Shown: piece by piece, positions 9,765 through 18,306 of the stretch
Position numbering within the stretch: the first letter of the stretch is position 1
How the letters are laid out: every line of letters starts with the position of its first letter
NCBI RefSeq assembly: GCF_001481685.1
Contig: NZ_CP006867.1
Coordinates: 570,001-602,000 of the forward strand
Origin: Ignicoccus islandicus DSM 13165
Lineage (GTDB): Archaea > Thermoproteota > Thermoprotei_A > Sulfolobales > Ignicoccaceae
DNA: 32,000 nt
Direction of reading: 5' to 3'
Notes under the pieces: model-generated
The model's input: only the letters and a program-made list of their open reading frames with translations
What the model was told of the DNA's origin: nothing
Database searches by the model: none
Position numbers and translations under genes: made by a program

Positions 9765-10896
9765 TTGAAACGATCACTGAGAACACCAATGCTTCTATCA
9801 GAAGTTGTGGTGTTACAACAGCGCTTGGTAAGTTAAGACGGAAATATTTAAGCACGTATTGTTGGACACCGAGACCAATGATACTAACGTACTTACTAAC
9901 TAAGCTAGCTAGCACGTATCCTGCAACGATGCCTATCAGGCCACCAATCAAGCCGTAACTAATTGAAAGCATTATGTAATAACCCAATACTTGAAGTGAA
10001 TTGAAACCTACTGCTTTCATCACACCGATTTCGCGTGTTCTTTCGATAACAGTTATCATCATTGTATTTGCTATTCCAAAACCGCTTGCAATAAATGCCA
10101 TTAATGACATCGCTAATAAAAATCTCTCAGCGAAGTTGGCTGCCGACATATACGCTTTTAGTATCGTTATGGGTGCAAAGCTTTGGAACCGCCTACTCTC
10201 TAGGAAATCTTTAAGGGATTGTTGAAGAATTTCTACGTTTTGGGGGTTATCCGCGATTATGTAAATTAAATTGTACTGGTCGAACTTCTTGAGTGTTCTC
10301 TGTAACAAGTGCAAGTTTACGTATATACTTTTATCTGCTTCGAAACCCACCGCTAAAGGCGAAACGCCTACTTTACTTAATACGGCCATAACGGGGCTTA
10401 CAATTTTATTTCCATTGCTTAACTCCATAGTTAACAGAACGTTAGGTATTATTGAGAATTTCATTCCCAGCTCATAACCGCATACTACTGGTCCCTCCAT
10501 ATCTAAATCAATGTAACCCATGTATGGGTTTGAAGACGGGAAGATTAAATTGAACGTATCATTAGTAAGCCCTATAAGCTTTACTATTAAGACTTTGGAA
10601 TTGACCCTAATCCTCGTTGTATCCATTAGAACTGCTTTGACATCAATGACGTGGGGGAAGCTCTTAATTATCATGAGTTGTTGTGTGGAGAGAAAACTGT
10701 CTCCCGAAACAGCAACGATAACATTGGCAGCTAGTCCCTTGAATTGGTTTTCGATGTTATATTTCATGCCTTCGGCTTGAGATACGAACGCGATAAGTGA
10801 CGCTGCCCCTACTGCGACGCTTAAAATTACAAGGAGGGACCTGAGGCCTGTACTTCTAACGTCCTTAATTGTTAATAGAATAAATTCCTTTATCAT
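9694..10896 (-). CDS. FtsX/MacB-like ABC transporter permease
   Basis: N-terminal TM, large extracellular MacB-PCD-like region, then AFIASGFGIANTMMITVIERTREIGVMKAVG and C-terminal TMs ending [14 protein letters not shown]. Confidence 0.9.
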   Translation of the reverse strand: MIKEFILLTIKDVRSTGLRSLLVILSVAVGAASLIAFVSQAEGMKYNIENQFKGLAANVIVAVSGDSFLSTQQLMIIKSFPHVIDVKAVLMDTTRIRVNSKVLIVKLIGLTNDTFNLIFPSSNPYMGYIDLDMEGPVVCGYELGMKFSIIPNVLLTMELSNGNKIVSPVMAVLSKVGVSPLAVGFEADKSIYVNLHLLQRTLKKFDQYNLIYIIADNPQNVEILQQSLKDFLESRRFQSFAPITILKAYMSAANFAERFLLAMSLMAFIASGFGIANTMMITVIERTREIGVMKAVGFNSLQVLGYYIMLSISYGLIGGLIGIVAGYVLASLVSKYVSIIGLGVQQYVLKYFRLNLPSAVVTPQLLIEALVFSVIVSIIAGLYPAYKAARLDPVQALKSE

Positions 10897-13895
10897 TACC
10901 TCTTGACCCTCTTTTTAATTAATTTCGCAATTATTACTCCCAAAACTATTACTAAGGCCATCAGGTATAGGAAATATGCTGAACGTAACGCTTTCCCTAA
11001 CCATGAAACTTTTTCGAGTGCTGGGGTACTTGGCAAAACTATTAGACTTGTCGTCTTTCTATCGGTATATCTGACTCCATTGAAGTAGTATTCGACCTCT
11101 ATCTCTACAGGATATGTACCTGGAGAAGCTACTTCGGGGACTTTAAGAACATAAGAGATAGGTACCGTAGAGGAAGGTTGAAGCGTACCTAGGTTAATAG
11201 AACTACTTCCTATTACCTTTAAACCGTTACTGGTCTTTATTTTTACTATCACATTGTTTGCATTGAAATCACCGTCATTGGATATAGTTAACGTTAGACT
11301 ACAAACCGATCCCACGAATACCTTATCTGGATATTGTTGAATCTCGCCTATCTTTATATGAGGTCCTCGAATTACCTTAACTGGGAAATTATATGTCTCA
11401 GAAACCTCCTCATTTCCGTTGAAGTATTTCACGAGGAAGCCTAAATTATTGTTTCCCGTAGGGGTTCCGTAAGGTATTGAATAAGTAAAGGTTATCACAA
11501 CCCTCTGACCAGGGAGGATTCTTTCCAAGCTAACGTTTTGTGGTATTATTATTATATCATTAGAAAACGGATAAAGGCGTACGTTGGAAGCCTCCTTGGA
11601 GCCTATGTTAACTATGCTTACTCGCAATATTCTTTTATCACCTTCTATGAGGACGTTTGAAAAGGGTGTGAGACTTATCTTAGCTACTTTTTGTGGTGTT
11701 ACTATTACTCTGAGGATACCGTTTTTCGTGAATTTGCTCAACCATTTATCCAAATATTCGATTCTATAAGGGATATCAATGAAGGTTTCCTTTTGAACAT
11801 TAAATGCAATGAATGAAACATCTAAGTGAGTACATTTCTTTGGTTTCAGCTCCGGGATAACAATTATCGTGTTATTAACGAGCTCAACGTCATTGCTTGG
11901 TGATTTAAATTCTATTCTTATTTCCTTCGCTTCTAAGTCGCCTTCATTACATAACTTGAACGAAACTTTCTGCAGAATGTTACTGATTGTTTTCTGTGGT
12001 TGGTACAAGGCCACTATGTAAGGTCCTTGATAGGTCTTCACTTGAAATTCCAAGTTTCTCTTTATGATCTCTTTAGAGCATGGTATTCCTAGGTCGCCTT
12101 TACAGTAACTTAACTCAATATTCACATCAACTGTTGATGCTGTCGGTGGCACATTGAGCACTAATTTAACGTTTTTTCCAGACAATGGCTTTATTACTCC
12201 AAGAGGTACTTCGACCCTCGGAAAGATAACGTTCTTACCATTTACTTTCAGTACCGCATCGTACAAGCTACCAAGTCCGATGTTACTTATATTAATATAG
12301 ACTGTCTGCGTACCTGGTTCCAATAAATATTGCGAGGAGCTTACGTTCACTAAAGGAATGTTTAGGTTTTGGACTACAGGAATGGAAATAGCTATTGTTT
12401 TATTCACTTGAGGTTCCCTCGAATTGATATTGACTCTCATACGATATTCCTTTACGTCCCATGGAACTGGTACATTAGAAATGTCAATACAGTTCTGGGA
12501 ATTGGCATTTATTTCTGAGAGATAGAATTTCTTAGTAAAATAGGCTGAATCTACTGTTATCTTCACATCTCTCAATCTTACCTTATTATAATTCCTAATG
12601 CACATTTTAAGATTATTAAAACTTCCCTCCGTCAAATGCCCCGGCAGGTACGTGATACCGAACTCGTAGTCGATACTATGTACAGCAAAACGTTTGACGA
12701 TCTCTCGATTAAGTAGCTTGAATTTCATTTCCAGATCTTTATTTGGTAATATTGCTGGAACTAGCCAAGTTATCGTATAGGTCTTGTTCGTATCCACGTA
12801 AACCACGTTAGGGTCTACTACGCCTACTGAGGGGATTATTTCAACATATACATTCTTTAAGTTATAGGGTGAATGAAGAGCTACCTCGATTGTATTTCTA
12901 ACCCCTGAGAAAACCGAGGTTCTATTTACTTCTAAATTCAAATCAATATTCTCAATATTATATGTCCCAGTTATGGCTAATGTGTTATTCGACTTTACTT
13001 TTACAGTAATTGTAATTGGTGGTTTAGGATCCATCAAGAGATATTGTATAGTTCTACATTTCCGTAATTCCTCTAATTTTACTAACGAAGGCTCAATAAT
13101 GGAATTCGTAGAGTCAAGTGTTATCGTTACGTTACTTAAAGGAACGAGGTTAGGACATAAGAATATTGTTGAAGGAATGAACTTTAATGATGGTTTAACA
13201 TACTCAAAATCGAGATCTATAATGTCTTTGTAGAATAGTTTTCCTCTTCTGTCGAGTATAGATACGTTCACTAGACAGTTCTCCATTCTATCAACAGTTA
13301 TGTATACGTCTTTGAAGCCGTTGGGATTTATTGTACCTATTTTGATTACTTTACTACTCAGACACTTACCAATAGAGGGCTGTAGTTTTAGTAATAAAAA
13401 CGGTGTTTCAAACGTACTGTTATTAAAGATTCTAATAACTAATCTATCCAACAGCTTAGTAGTCCTTACGGATATGTCATTTAACTTAACGGGAAGCGTA
13501 ATTAAATATTTGCCTACTAATTGGCTAAACCCTCCTTTCGATGGAACCATGGTATATACTACTACTAATACGTTCGCTGTATCATTGAGTGGCACTATCT
13601 CAAAGTTAACGCGTTTACACTCGCTACGCTGAAGGGCACCTAACGATTGTTCTCTAGCACCTAGAATTATGGAATCTGATGAAGTAATTTCCAATGAGGT
13701 ACCTTGAAGTAGTATTGGTGAGACGTTACACACGTTTAAGGTAACATTAGACTTTTGAAGATACCTTAAGTGATCAATGTGTACCATTTCTATGTTTAAG
13801 TAAGGTAGAGGTTGCGCACGCAACCCAATTGAAATTATTAGAAGCACTAAGAGAATTCGGATACGTCCATTTGTTCCCAATTTAAAGGCTTTCAT
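10896..13895 (-). CDS. Large secreted/membrane-anchored protein with repeated CARDB/COG1361-like beta domains
   Basis: 999 aa, N-terminal signal-like segment (ILLVLLIISIGLRAQP), repeated 'VRVSIVNIGSKEASNVRLYP', 'LTISNDGDFNANNVIVKIKT' modules, C-terminal TM (AYFLYLMALVIVLGVIIAKLIKKRVKR). Overlaps the permease by 1 nt. Confidence 0.8.
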   Translation of the reverse strand: MKAFKLGTNGRIRILLVLLIISIGLRAQPLPYLNIEMVHIDHLRYLQKSNVTLNVCNVSPILLQGTSLEITSSDSIILGAREQSLGALQRSECKRVNFEIVPLNDTANVLVVVYTMVPSKGGFSQLVGKYLITLPVKLNDISVRTTKLLDRLVIRIFNNSTFETPFLLLKLQPSIGKCLSSKVIKIGTINPNGFKDVYITVDRMENCLVNVSILDRRGKLFYKDIIDLDFEYVKPSLKFIPSTIFLCPNLVPLSNVTITLDSTNSIIEPSLVKLEELRKCRTIQYLLMDPKPPITITVKVKSNNTLAITGTYNIENIDLNLEVNRTSVFSGVRNTIEVALHSPYNLKNVYVEIIPSVGVVDPNVVYVDTNKTYTITWLVPAILPNKDLEMKFKLLNREIVKRFAVHSIDYEFGITYLPGHLTEGSFNNLKMCIRNYNKVRLRDVKITVDSAYFTKKFYLSEINANSQNCIDISNVPVPWDVKEYRMRVNINSREPQVNKTIAISIPVVQNLNIPLVNVSSSQYLLEPGTQTVYINISNIGLGSLYDAVLKVNGKNVIFPRVEVPLGVIKPLSGKNVKLVLNVPPTASTVDVNIELSYCKGDLGIPCSKEIIKRNLEFQVKTYQGPYIVALYQPQKTISNILQKVSFKLCNEGDLEAKEIRIEFKSPSNDVELVNNTIIVIPELKPKKCTHLDVSFIAFNVQKETFIDIPYRIEYLDKWLSKFTKNGILRVIVTPQKVAKISLTPFSNVLIEGDKRILRVSIVNIGSKEASNVRLYPFSNDIIIIPQNVSLERILPGQRVVITFTYSIPYGTPTGNNNLGFLVKYFNGNEEVSETYNFPVKVIRGPHIKIGEIQQYPDKVFVGSVCSLTLTISNDGDFNANNVIVKIKTSNGLKVIGSSSINLGTLQPSSTVPISYVLKVPEVASPGTYPVEIEVEYYFNGVRYTDRKTTSLIVLPSTPALEKVSWLGKALRSAYFLYLMALVIVLGVIIAKLIKKRVKR

Positions 13896-13970
13896 ATTAC
13901 TGGTGCCACTAGCGTTTCAAACGTTTCGAAATATATGTCTGTCTCTCTTTCGATTAAAAGACGGGGAAGT

Positions 13971-14033
13971 TAAGGATCGGAGTGAGACTAGGTTCATCAC
14001 TGTTCAGGGGCTGCCCACTTCCTCATATCCTTA
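13971..14033 (-). ncRNA. Box C/D guide sRNA candidate with terminal stem
   Basis: Minus strand: UAAGGA stem - U - C AUGAGGA (14026-14020) - 12 nt AGUGGGCAGCCC - D' CUGA (14007-14004) - ACA - C' GUGAUGA (14000-13994) - 13 nt ACCUAGUCUCACU - D CCGA (13980-13977) - UCCUUA stem. Confidence 0.75.
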
Positions 14034-14057
14034 TCTTAAGGCAAATGTACTGCGTCG

Positions 14058-14073
14058 AAATAATATTTTAAAT
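14058..14073. promoter_or_regulatory. Putative divergent TATA/BRE region
   Basis: AAATAATATTTTAAAT; the core ATATTTTAAAT reads TATA-like on both strands. The expected start about 26 nt away is near 14097 (+) and near 14041 (-), just outside the two RNA candidates. Confidence 0.5.
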
Positions 14074-14082
14074 CCTTAGCAA

Positions 14083-14154
14083 TTCCGTATTAGATTGCCC
14101 TATAACGCCGTTGTAAATCCAACGGTGTGTGAATAGGGCATGTGCGCCGGAACA
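14083..14154 (+). ncRNA. Structured RNA / 5'-leader element; possible single-hairpin H/ACA-like RNA with K-turn
   Basis: TTCCG(14083-14087)/CGGAA(14148-14152) lower stem; pocket TATTAGATT / ATGTGCGC; stem GCCCTAT(14097-14103)/ATAGGGC(14133-14139); AA / TGTGA K-turn-like loop; stem CGCCGTTG/CAACGGTG with loop TAAATC; ACA at 14152-14154. Confidence 0.4.
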
Positions 14155-14205
14155 TTATGAATTACCTAATAAGCCATCATTCTTCATCTAACTAGGTTCG
14201 GGAGA

Positions 14206-14940
14206 GTGAGGATTCCTTTATATATAGATCTTAGTGGTAGAAACGTCGTTATAGTAGGCGGAGGAAAAGTGGGGGAAAGGAGAGCATTAAAGTTCCTAGA
14301 GGCGGGTGCAAAGGTAAAAGTTGTAGCAAACGATTTCACAGAGAAGCTTAAAGAGATGGCACAAAGTGGCAAAATAGTCATTGAGAAAAAAGATTTAGAT
14401 AACGATATTGAAGTAATCCGTGCGATAAAGGACGCAGATATAGTTGTAATAGCAACAAATTCAAAGAAGTTAAATGACAAGGTATTTTCAATTGCACAAG
14501 TCCTAGGAAAGTTCATAAACGATGCTACTGATGCACAGAGGAGTCATATACATGTACCATTTGAAGGTTCCGTAGATGGTATAAGGTTCGCTGTAACTAG
14601 TGAAGGAGCTGCTGGAGTAGCTGCCCACATAGCTCTTTATGTAATAGAGGAATGCTTACGCAGAAATAGCTTACTTCATTCAATAAATCAGTTTTCCCGA
14701 TTATTTAAGGAATGGGTTAAAAGAGAAATAAAGGATCCTAAGGTACGTTTTCAAACATACTGGTACGTCATGTTGGATCCAGATGTATTCAACCTAATTA
14801 AATCATCACAGATAGACAAGGCGTTAGAGTTAGCGAAATTGAAAGTACTTAAAGGAGTTCCAGAGAAAGGGTACGAGCCTGATAAGGCGTTTCCTAAGTT
14901 CATTCAACAATGGAAAGACGAGTTACTAGGTTCTTGTTAG
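14206..14940 (+). CDS. Precorrin-2 dehydrogenase / Met8-like siroheme synthase domain protein
   Basis: YIDLSGRNVVIVGGGKVGERRALKFLEAGAKVKVVA, VIATNSKKLNDKV, INDATDAQRSHIHVPFEG. Confidence 0.88.
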   Translation: MRIPLYIDLSGRNVVIVGGGKVGERRALKFLEAGAKVKVVANDFTEKLKEMAQSGKIVIEKKDLDNDIEVIRAIKDADIVVIATNSKKLNDKVFSIAQVLGKFINDATDAQRSHIHVPFEGSVDGIRFAVTSEGAAGVAAHIALYVIEECLRRNSLLHSINQFSRLFKEWVKREIKDPKVRFQTYWYVMLDPDVFNLIKSSQIDKALELAKLKVLKGVPEKGYEPDKAFPKFIQQWKDELLGSC

Positions 14941-16105
14941 TAATTAGATACGGATCGAAGAACCATATATTAATGGAAGACGATGTTACGAGATATAGAG
15001 AAAGTGTTCTGGGACTCCACCAAACTGAGGAGATAGTGCTCCTAAAGACTTTTCCAACAACTATTTCTTGAGTTAAATCAGAATAAATATAGCATGCATT
15101 TTGATTACAAAGCGCTAAGTAATCTCCATAGGGTGTCCATTCCATAATTCTAACGTTTTCGAGATTCTTCTCAAAAACTACATCACCAGTTACTGTATCG
15201 ATAATGTCTATTTTGTCAGTATATGCCACAGCAATCCTATTCCCTAGTGGGGATAATCTAGCCGATAGATGTGGGCCTAGATTAATGGATGTCCTATCTC
15301 CTCTAAGATTATAAGCGTCTAGTCTTTCCGGAAAATCGATGATTAAGTTAAGCGAACCCATGAGGATGCTCCAGCGGATATCTCTTATCTCTTCTTTAAA
15401 GGCGAAATCATGTCGTTTTATCCAGTTTTTCTCTCTCCGAGAATAAATTTTCACTGAGTTGGATTCGGTATGTAACGCCAACAAGTTTGAGTAATTGAAT
15501 ACGGCACATCCAATAACCTTCTCCTGTAATCTGATCTTGCCTCTTATAGTGCTAGGATATTGGACTATTTGAACGTCATTATCTATAGCTCTTACAATAG
15601 TATTTGGAGGATATGCAGCTACATCAATACAGTCTATATTTTTACCTTTTATTAATGAACGTAAGAATCTAACGTCTATTAACTCGAAATTTTTGGATTC
15701 ATCAGAATGTAGAGCAAGGATTCCAGTAAGCTCTTTACTTCTAGTGAAGGTCGTCCTTGCGTCCTTTATTCTGAAGACGTTGTTGTATCCTTTAATGATA
15801 TTTGTATCAAATATTATTGGATAGAAATATTTTTTGATATATGCTGTAAAGTCGATTATAAACGAACTTTTTTGAGATAATGAAAATATTTCAAAGGCGT
15901 TTTCGAAGCTATTTAGTTTAATCTTAACCGGCCCACCTCTGACAGGTATAATATTGATCCTATAGTTCTCCGCATATTCTAACAAGGAATTTATTGCATT
16001 TGGAACCTTTATTTTACCTCTCCTTTCATCACAATTAACATAAACATAGATACTCGTTGTTGAAGCATACCTATCTATATAGGTTACGAATCCTTTGCAC
16101 GTCAA
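14900..16105 (-). CDS. Hypothetical beta-propeller (WD40/WD40-like) protein
   Basis: Repeating strands such as ARLSPLGNRIAVAYTDKIDIIDTVTGDVVFEKNLENVRIMEWTPYGDYLALCNQNACYIYSDLT; no signal peptide evident. Confidence 0.6.
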   Translation of the reverse strand: MTCKGFVTYIDRYASTTSIYVYVNCDERRGKIKVPNAINSLLEYAENYRINIIPVRGGPVKIKLNSFENAFEIFSLSQKSSFIIDFTAYIKKYFYPIIFDTNIIKGYNNVFRIKDARTTFTRSKELTGILALHSDESKNFELIDVRFLRSLIKGKNIDCIDVAAYPPNTIVRAIDNDVQIVQYPSTIRGKIRLQEKVIGCAVFNYSNLLALHTESNSVKIYSRREKNWIKRHDFAFKEEIRDIRWSILMGSLNLIIDFPERLDAYNLRGDRTSINLGPHLSARLSPLGNRIAVAYTDKIDIIDTVTGDVVFEKNLENVRIMEWTPYGDYLALCNQNACYIYSDLTQEIVVGKVFRSTISSVWWSPRTLSLYLVTSSSINIWFFDPYLITNKNLVTRLSIVE

Positions 16106-16145
16106 TTTATTTTTATCCCTATGTAATTAATTCCATTAGACAGTT

Positions 16146-16460
16146 TTATTCAAAGATAATTTCATCGTCTCTTAGTTCGTCATTACATAGGTATACTATT
16201 CGGACTCCAGTAATTTCTATGTCAAACTTAGTACTGAAAACTGCCCCAGGAGTAAGATCTATATTTTTTACAAGTTCTTCCTTTCCTCTACGTTTCACTA
16301 CCTTCTTGTCGGGTGTTTCGACAGTATAATTATAATAGACAATTAATCGAAGTATCTTAACCTCGGAGCTTTCCACGTTAGTTACCGAGATTGAATTTGA
16401 CCTTAGCCTAACTTCTAGACACCCAATCTTTTTGCTAATCTCCTTTTCATTACTATTCAA
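16146..16460 (-). CDS. Small hypothetical protein (104 aa)
   Basis: Intact ORF in an otherwise uncovered strand, between the WD40-like and MscS-like genes; beta-rich, no recognised family. Confidence 0.55.
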   Translation of the reverse strand: MNSNEKEISKKIGCLEVRLRSNSISVTNVESSEVKILRLIVYYNYTVETPDKKVVKRRGKEELVKNIDLTPGAVFSTKFDIEITGVRIVYLCNDELRDDEIIFE

Positions 16461-16512
16461 TTGTTGTTACCCCATTATCTTACAATGATTGATAAGCTAA
16501 AGTTATTGGTGT

Positions 16513-17289
16513 TTATAGTTTATTTATAATCGAGTGTTCGCGTTTAACTTCAAATTTAACTCCCTCTTTGAAGAGCTGTTGTAATCTCTGGGCAACCTTC
16601 TTAATTATTATATTAGAAGATTCTGGATTTGATATTCCATATGTAATTTCATATTCAACGGAGTTTGTAGTAATGGTTCTTATCCTAAACCTTGGTGGTA
16701 CTATTGCATGTCTTTTCGTAAAATTAACTACCTCTTGAACCGCCTTATTTAAACTTTCGATATCATCCAATTTTTCTAAGTATAGCTTAATCACAATAGT
16801 CAGTGGTAACGCCTTAGCTGGTATTCTTATGGGTTCCGATGCAACTAGCTTATTAGGTATCCTTATTATTTCCCCTTGTTCCCCGCTTAGCTCTACGTAC
16901 AAAGGAGTAAGCCTCCTTATCCATCCACGAATGCCTCTAGTCATAATTACGTACTCGCCGTGTGATATGGCTTTAGTAACCACTAGGAAGTGATAATACA
17001 TCGCAGATTCGATTATATCTTTTGATATCAGGCTGAAGATTACAAGAATTGTAATCAACAGTAGAGCTAACATATCTATATTAATGAGAACTACCACTAA
17101 TCCGAATATGCCCAGGCCTATAAACAACCATTTTAACATAACTTCTAATTCGTGCGTAGTTCCGTGTGGGATTACCTTTTTCGATCTCAATTCTCCAAGT
17201 AATTTCGAGGATATTAAGTAGTATAGGGTAATTACCCCAATAAAGTAAATTACTCCTATCAATAGGTTTTCCATCATCACTTCCATCAC
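16513..17289 (-). CDS. MscS-like small-conductance channel family protein
   Basis: N-terminal TMs followed by ISHGEYVIMTRGIRGWIRRLTPLYVELSGEQGEIIRIPNKLV, the MscS beta-domain pattern. Confidence 0.75.
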   Translation of the reverse strand: MMEVMMENLLIGVIYFIGVITLYYLISSKLLGELRSKKVIPHGTTHELEVMLKWLFIGLGIFGLVVVLINIDMLALLLITILVIFSLISKDIIESAMYYHFLVVTKAISHGEYVIMTRGIRGWIRRLTPLYVELSGEQGEIIRIPNKLVASEPIRIPAKALPLTIVIKLYLEKLDDIESLNKAVQEVVNFTKRHAIVPPRFRIRTITTNSVEYEITYGISNPESSNIIIKKVAQRLQQLFKEGVKFEVKREHSIINKL

Positions 17290-17948
17290 CTAATGACACC
17301 TTCCACTATCTGCTCTTCGCCAGCGGGAACCAATAATATTAGGATGTAGTTCTCTTCAATTATTACATTATCTTCAGGTTCAATAAATTTCTCTCCATCA
17401 AAAATTGCCAGAATCATTGATTCCTTTGGCAATTCCTTTTTCAATTCTCCTACTTTCATTCCCACTGCCTTATCGCCTGGACTTATAGCGATAGTGTATA
17501 TGCTATACTCTCCGCTTAGAGTTTTTATTACAGGGAGCAGTGAATACTGACCTTCTACGTAACTCTCTACTATCTTCGCCGATATTACAGAGGACGGAAT
17601 TACTATCGTTGCGAAACCCAGAGTTGAAATCAAATGTGCCGCTTCTTGAGTCCTAGTTATAACTATTATCTTGTTTATACCATACTCATGTGCTACTGCC
17701 GCCACGAAGAGGTTTACTTCGTCCCTATCAGTGGTAGCTATAACCATATCAAATGTCTCCAGTTCTATCTCTTCGTATAATTTTGGATCAGTCGCATCCC
17801 TATTATAGACCGAAACGTCTGCTTCTCTTGAGAGTATTTCACATTTGTGTTTATCTTTATCTATCGCAACAACGTCGTGACCTCTCATACTTAACGTACT
17901 TGCTATATGTCTCCCTATTTCGCCTATTCCAATAACGAGTATTTTCAT
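17286..17948 (-). CDS. trkA: TrkA/RCK-type potassium uptake regulatory protein (TrkA-N + TrkA-C)
   Basis: MKILVIGIGEIGRHIASTLSMRGHDVVAIDKD, DATDPKLYEEI, VIATTDRDEVNLF, C-terminal TrkA-C-like segment. Confidence 0.88.
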   Translation of the reverse strand: MKILVIGIGEIGRHIASTLSMRGHDVVAIDKDKHKCEILSREADVSVYNRDATDPKLYEEIELETFDMVIATTDRDEVNLFVAAVAHEYGINKIIVITRTQEAAHLISTLGFATIVIPSSVISAKIVESYVEGQYSLLPVIKTLSGEYSIYTIAISPGDKAVGMKVGELKKELPKESMILAIFDGEKFIEPEDNVIIEENYILILLVPAGEEQIVEGVIR

Positions 17949-18262
17949 CTGACTACCACGCTCCTAATATATATCAACGACATCAAGGACGCACCGAGAA
18001 GGTATGGATAAGGTGAGAACAGGAATTCCCATCCTTCTTCTTTAACCATTAACGCTACCATTAGATGTGACATTATAATTGGAATAAGCCAAATAGGCAT
18101 AGTGGATGCATATGCATAAAGTGGTAATAAAGAACCCGTAGCGAAAGTGAGCGCAAATAGGTCCTTTCTTCGTAGCTTGTTCTCAAGTATTATTTCGAGT
18201 ATTGGGGCCGTAGCATATAGGTAAAGCAACTCGGCTACGACCAAGGGTTTCCAAAGGTCCAT
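17945..18262 (-). CDS. Small multi-spanning membrane protein, unknown
   Basis: 105 aa with about 3 hydrophobic segments; overlaps trkA by 4 nt. Confidence 0.6.
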   Translation of the reverse strand: MDLWKPLVVAELLYLYATAPILEIILENKLRRKDLFALTFATGSLLPLYAYASTMPIWLIPIIMSHLMVALMVKEEGWEFLFSPYPYLLGASLMSLIYIRSVVVR

Positions 18263-18306
18263 TCTTCTGTTCCGTTCGCACGCTCTACCGCGATGTTTTA
18301 TAACGA

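Noticed and set aside
12973-13632. Plus-strand ORFs (12973-13233, 13300-13632) antisense to the 999-aa protein
   Set aside because: They lie fully opposite a long, well-supported CDS, have low-complexity Ser/Thr/Leu-rich translations and no recognisable motif.
14160-14195. Minus-strand AGATGAAGAATGATGG considered as C boxes of a third sRNA
   Set aside because: No CUGA box at guide distance and no closing stem.
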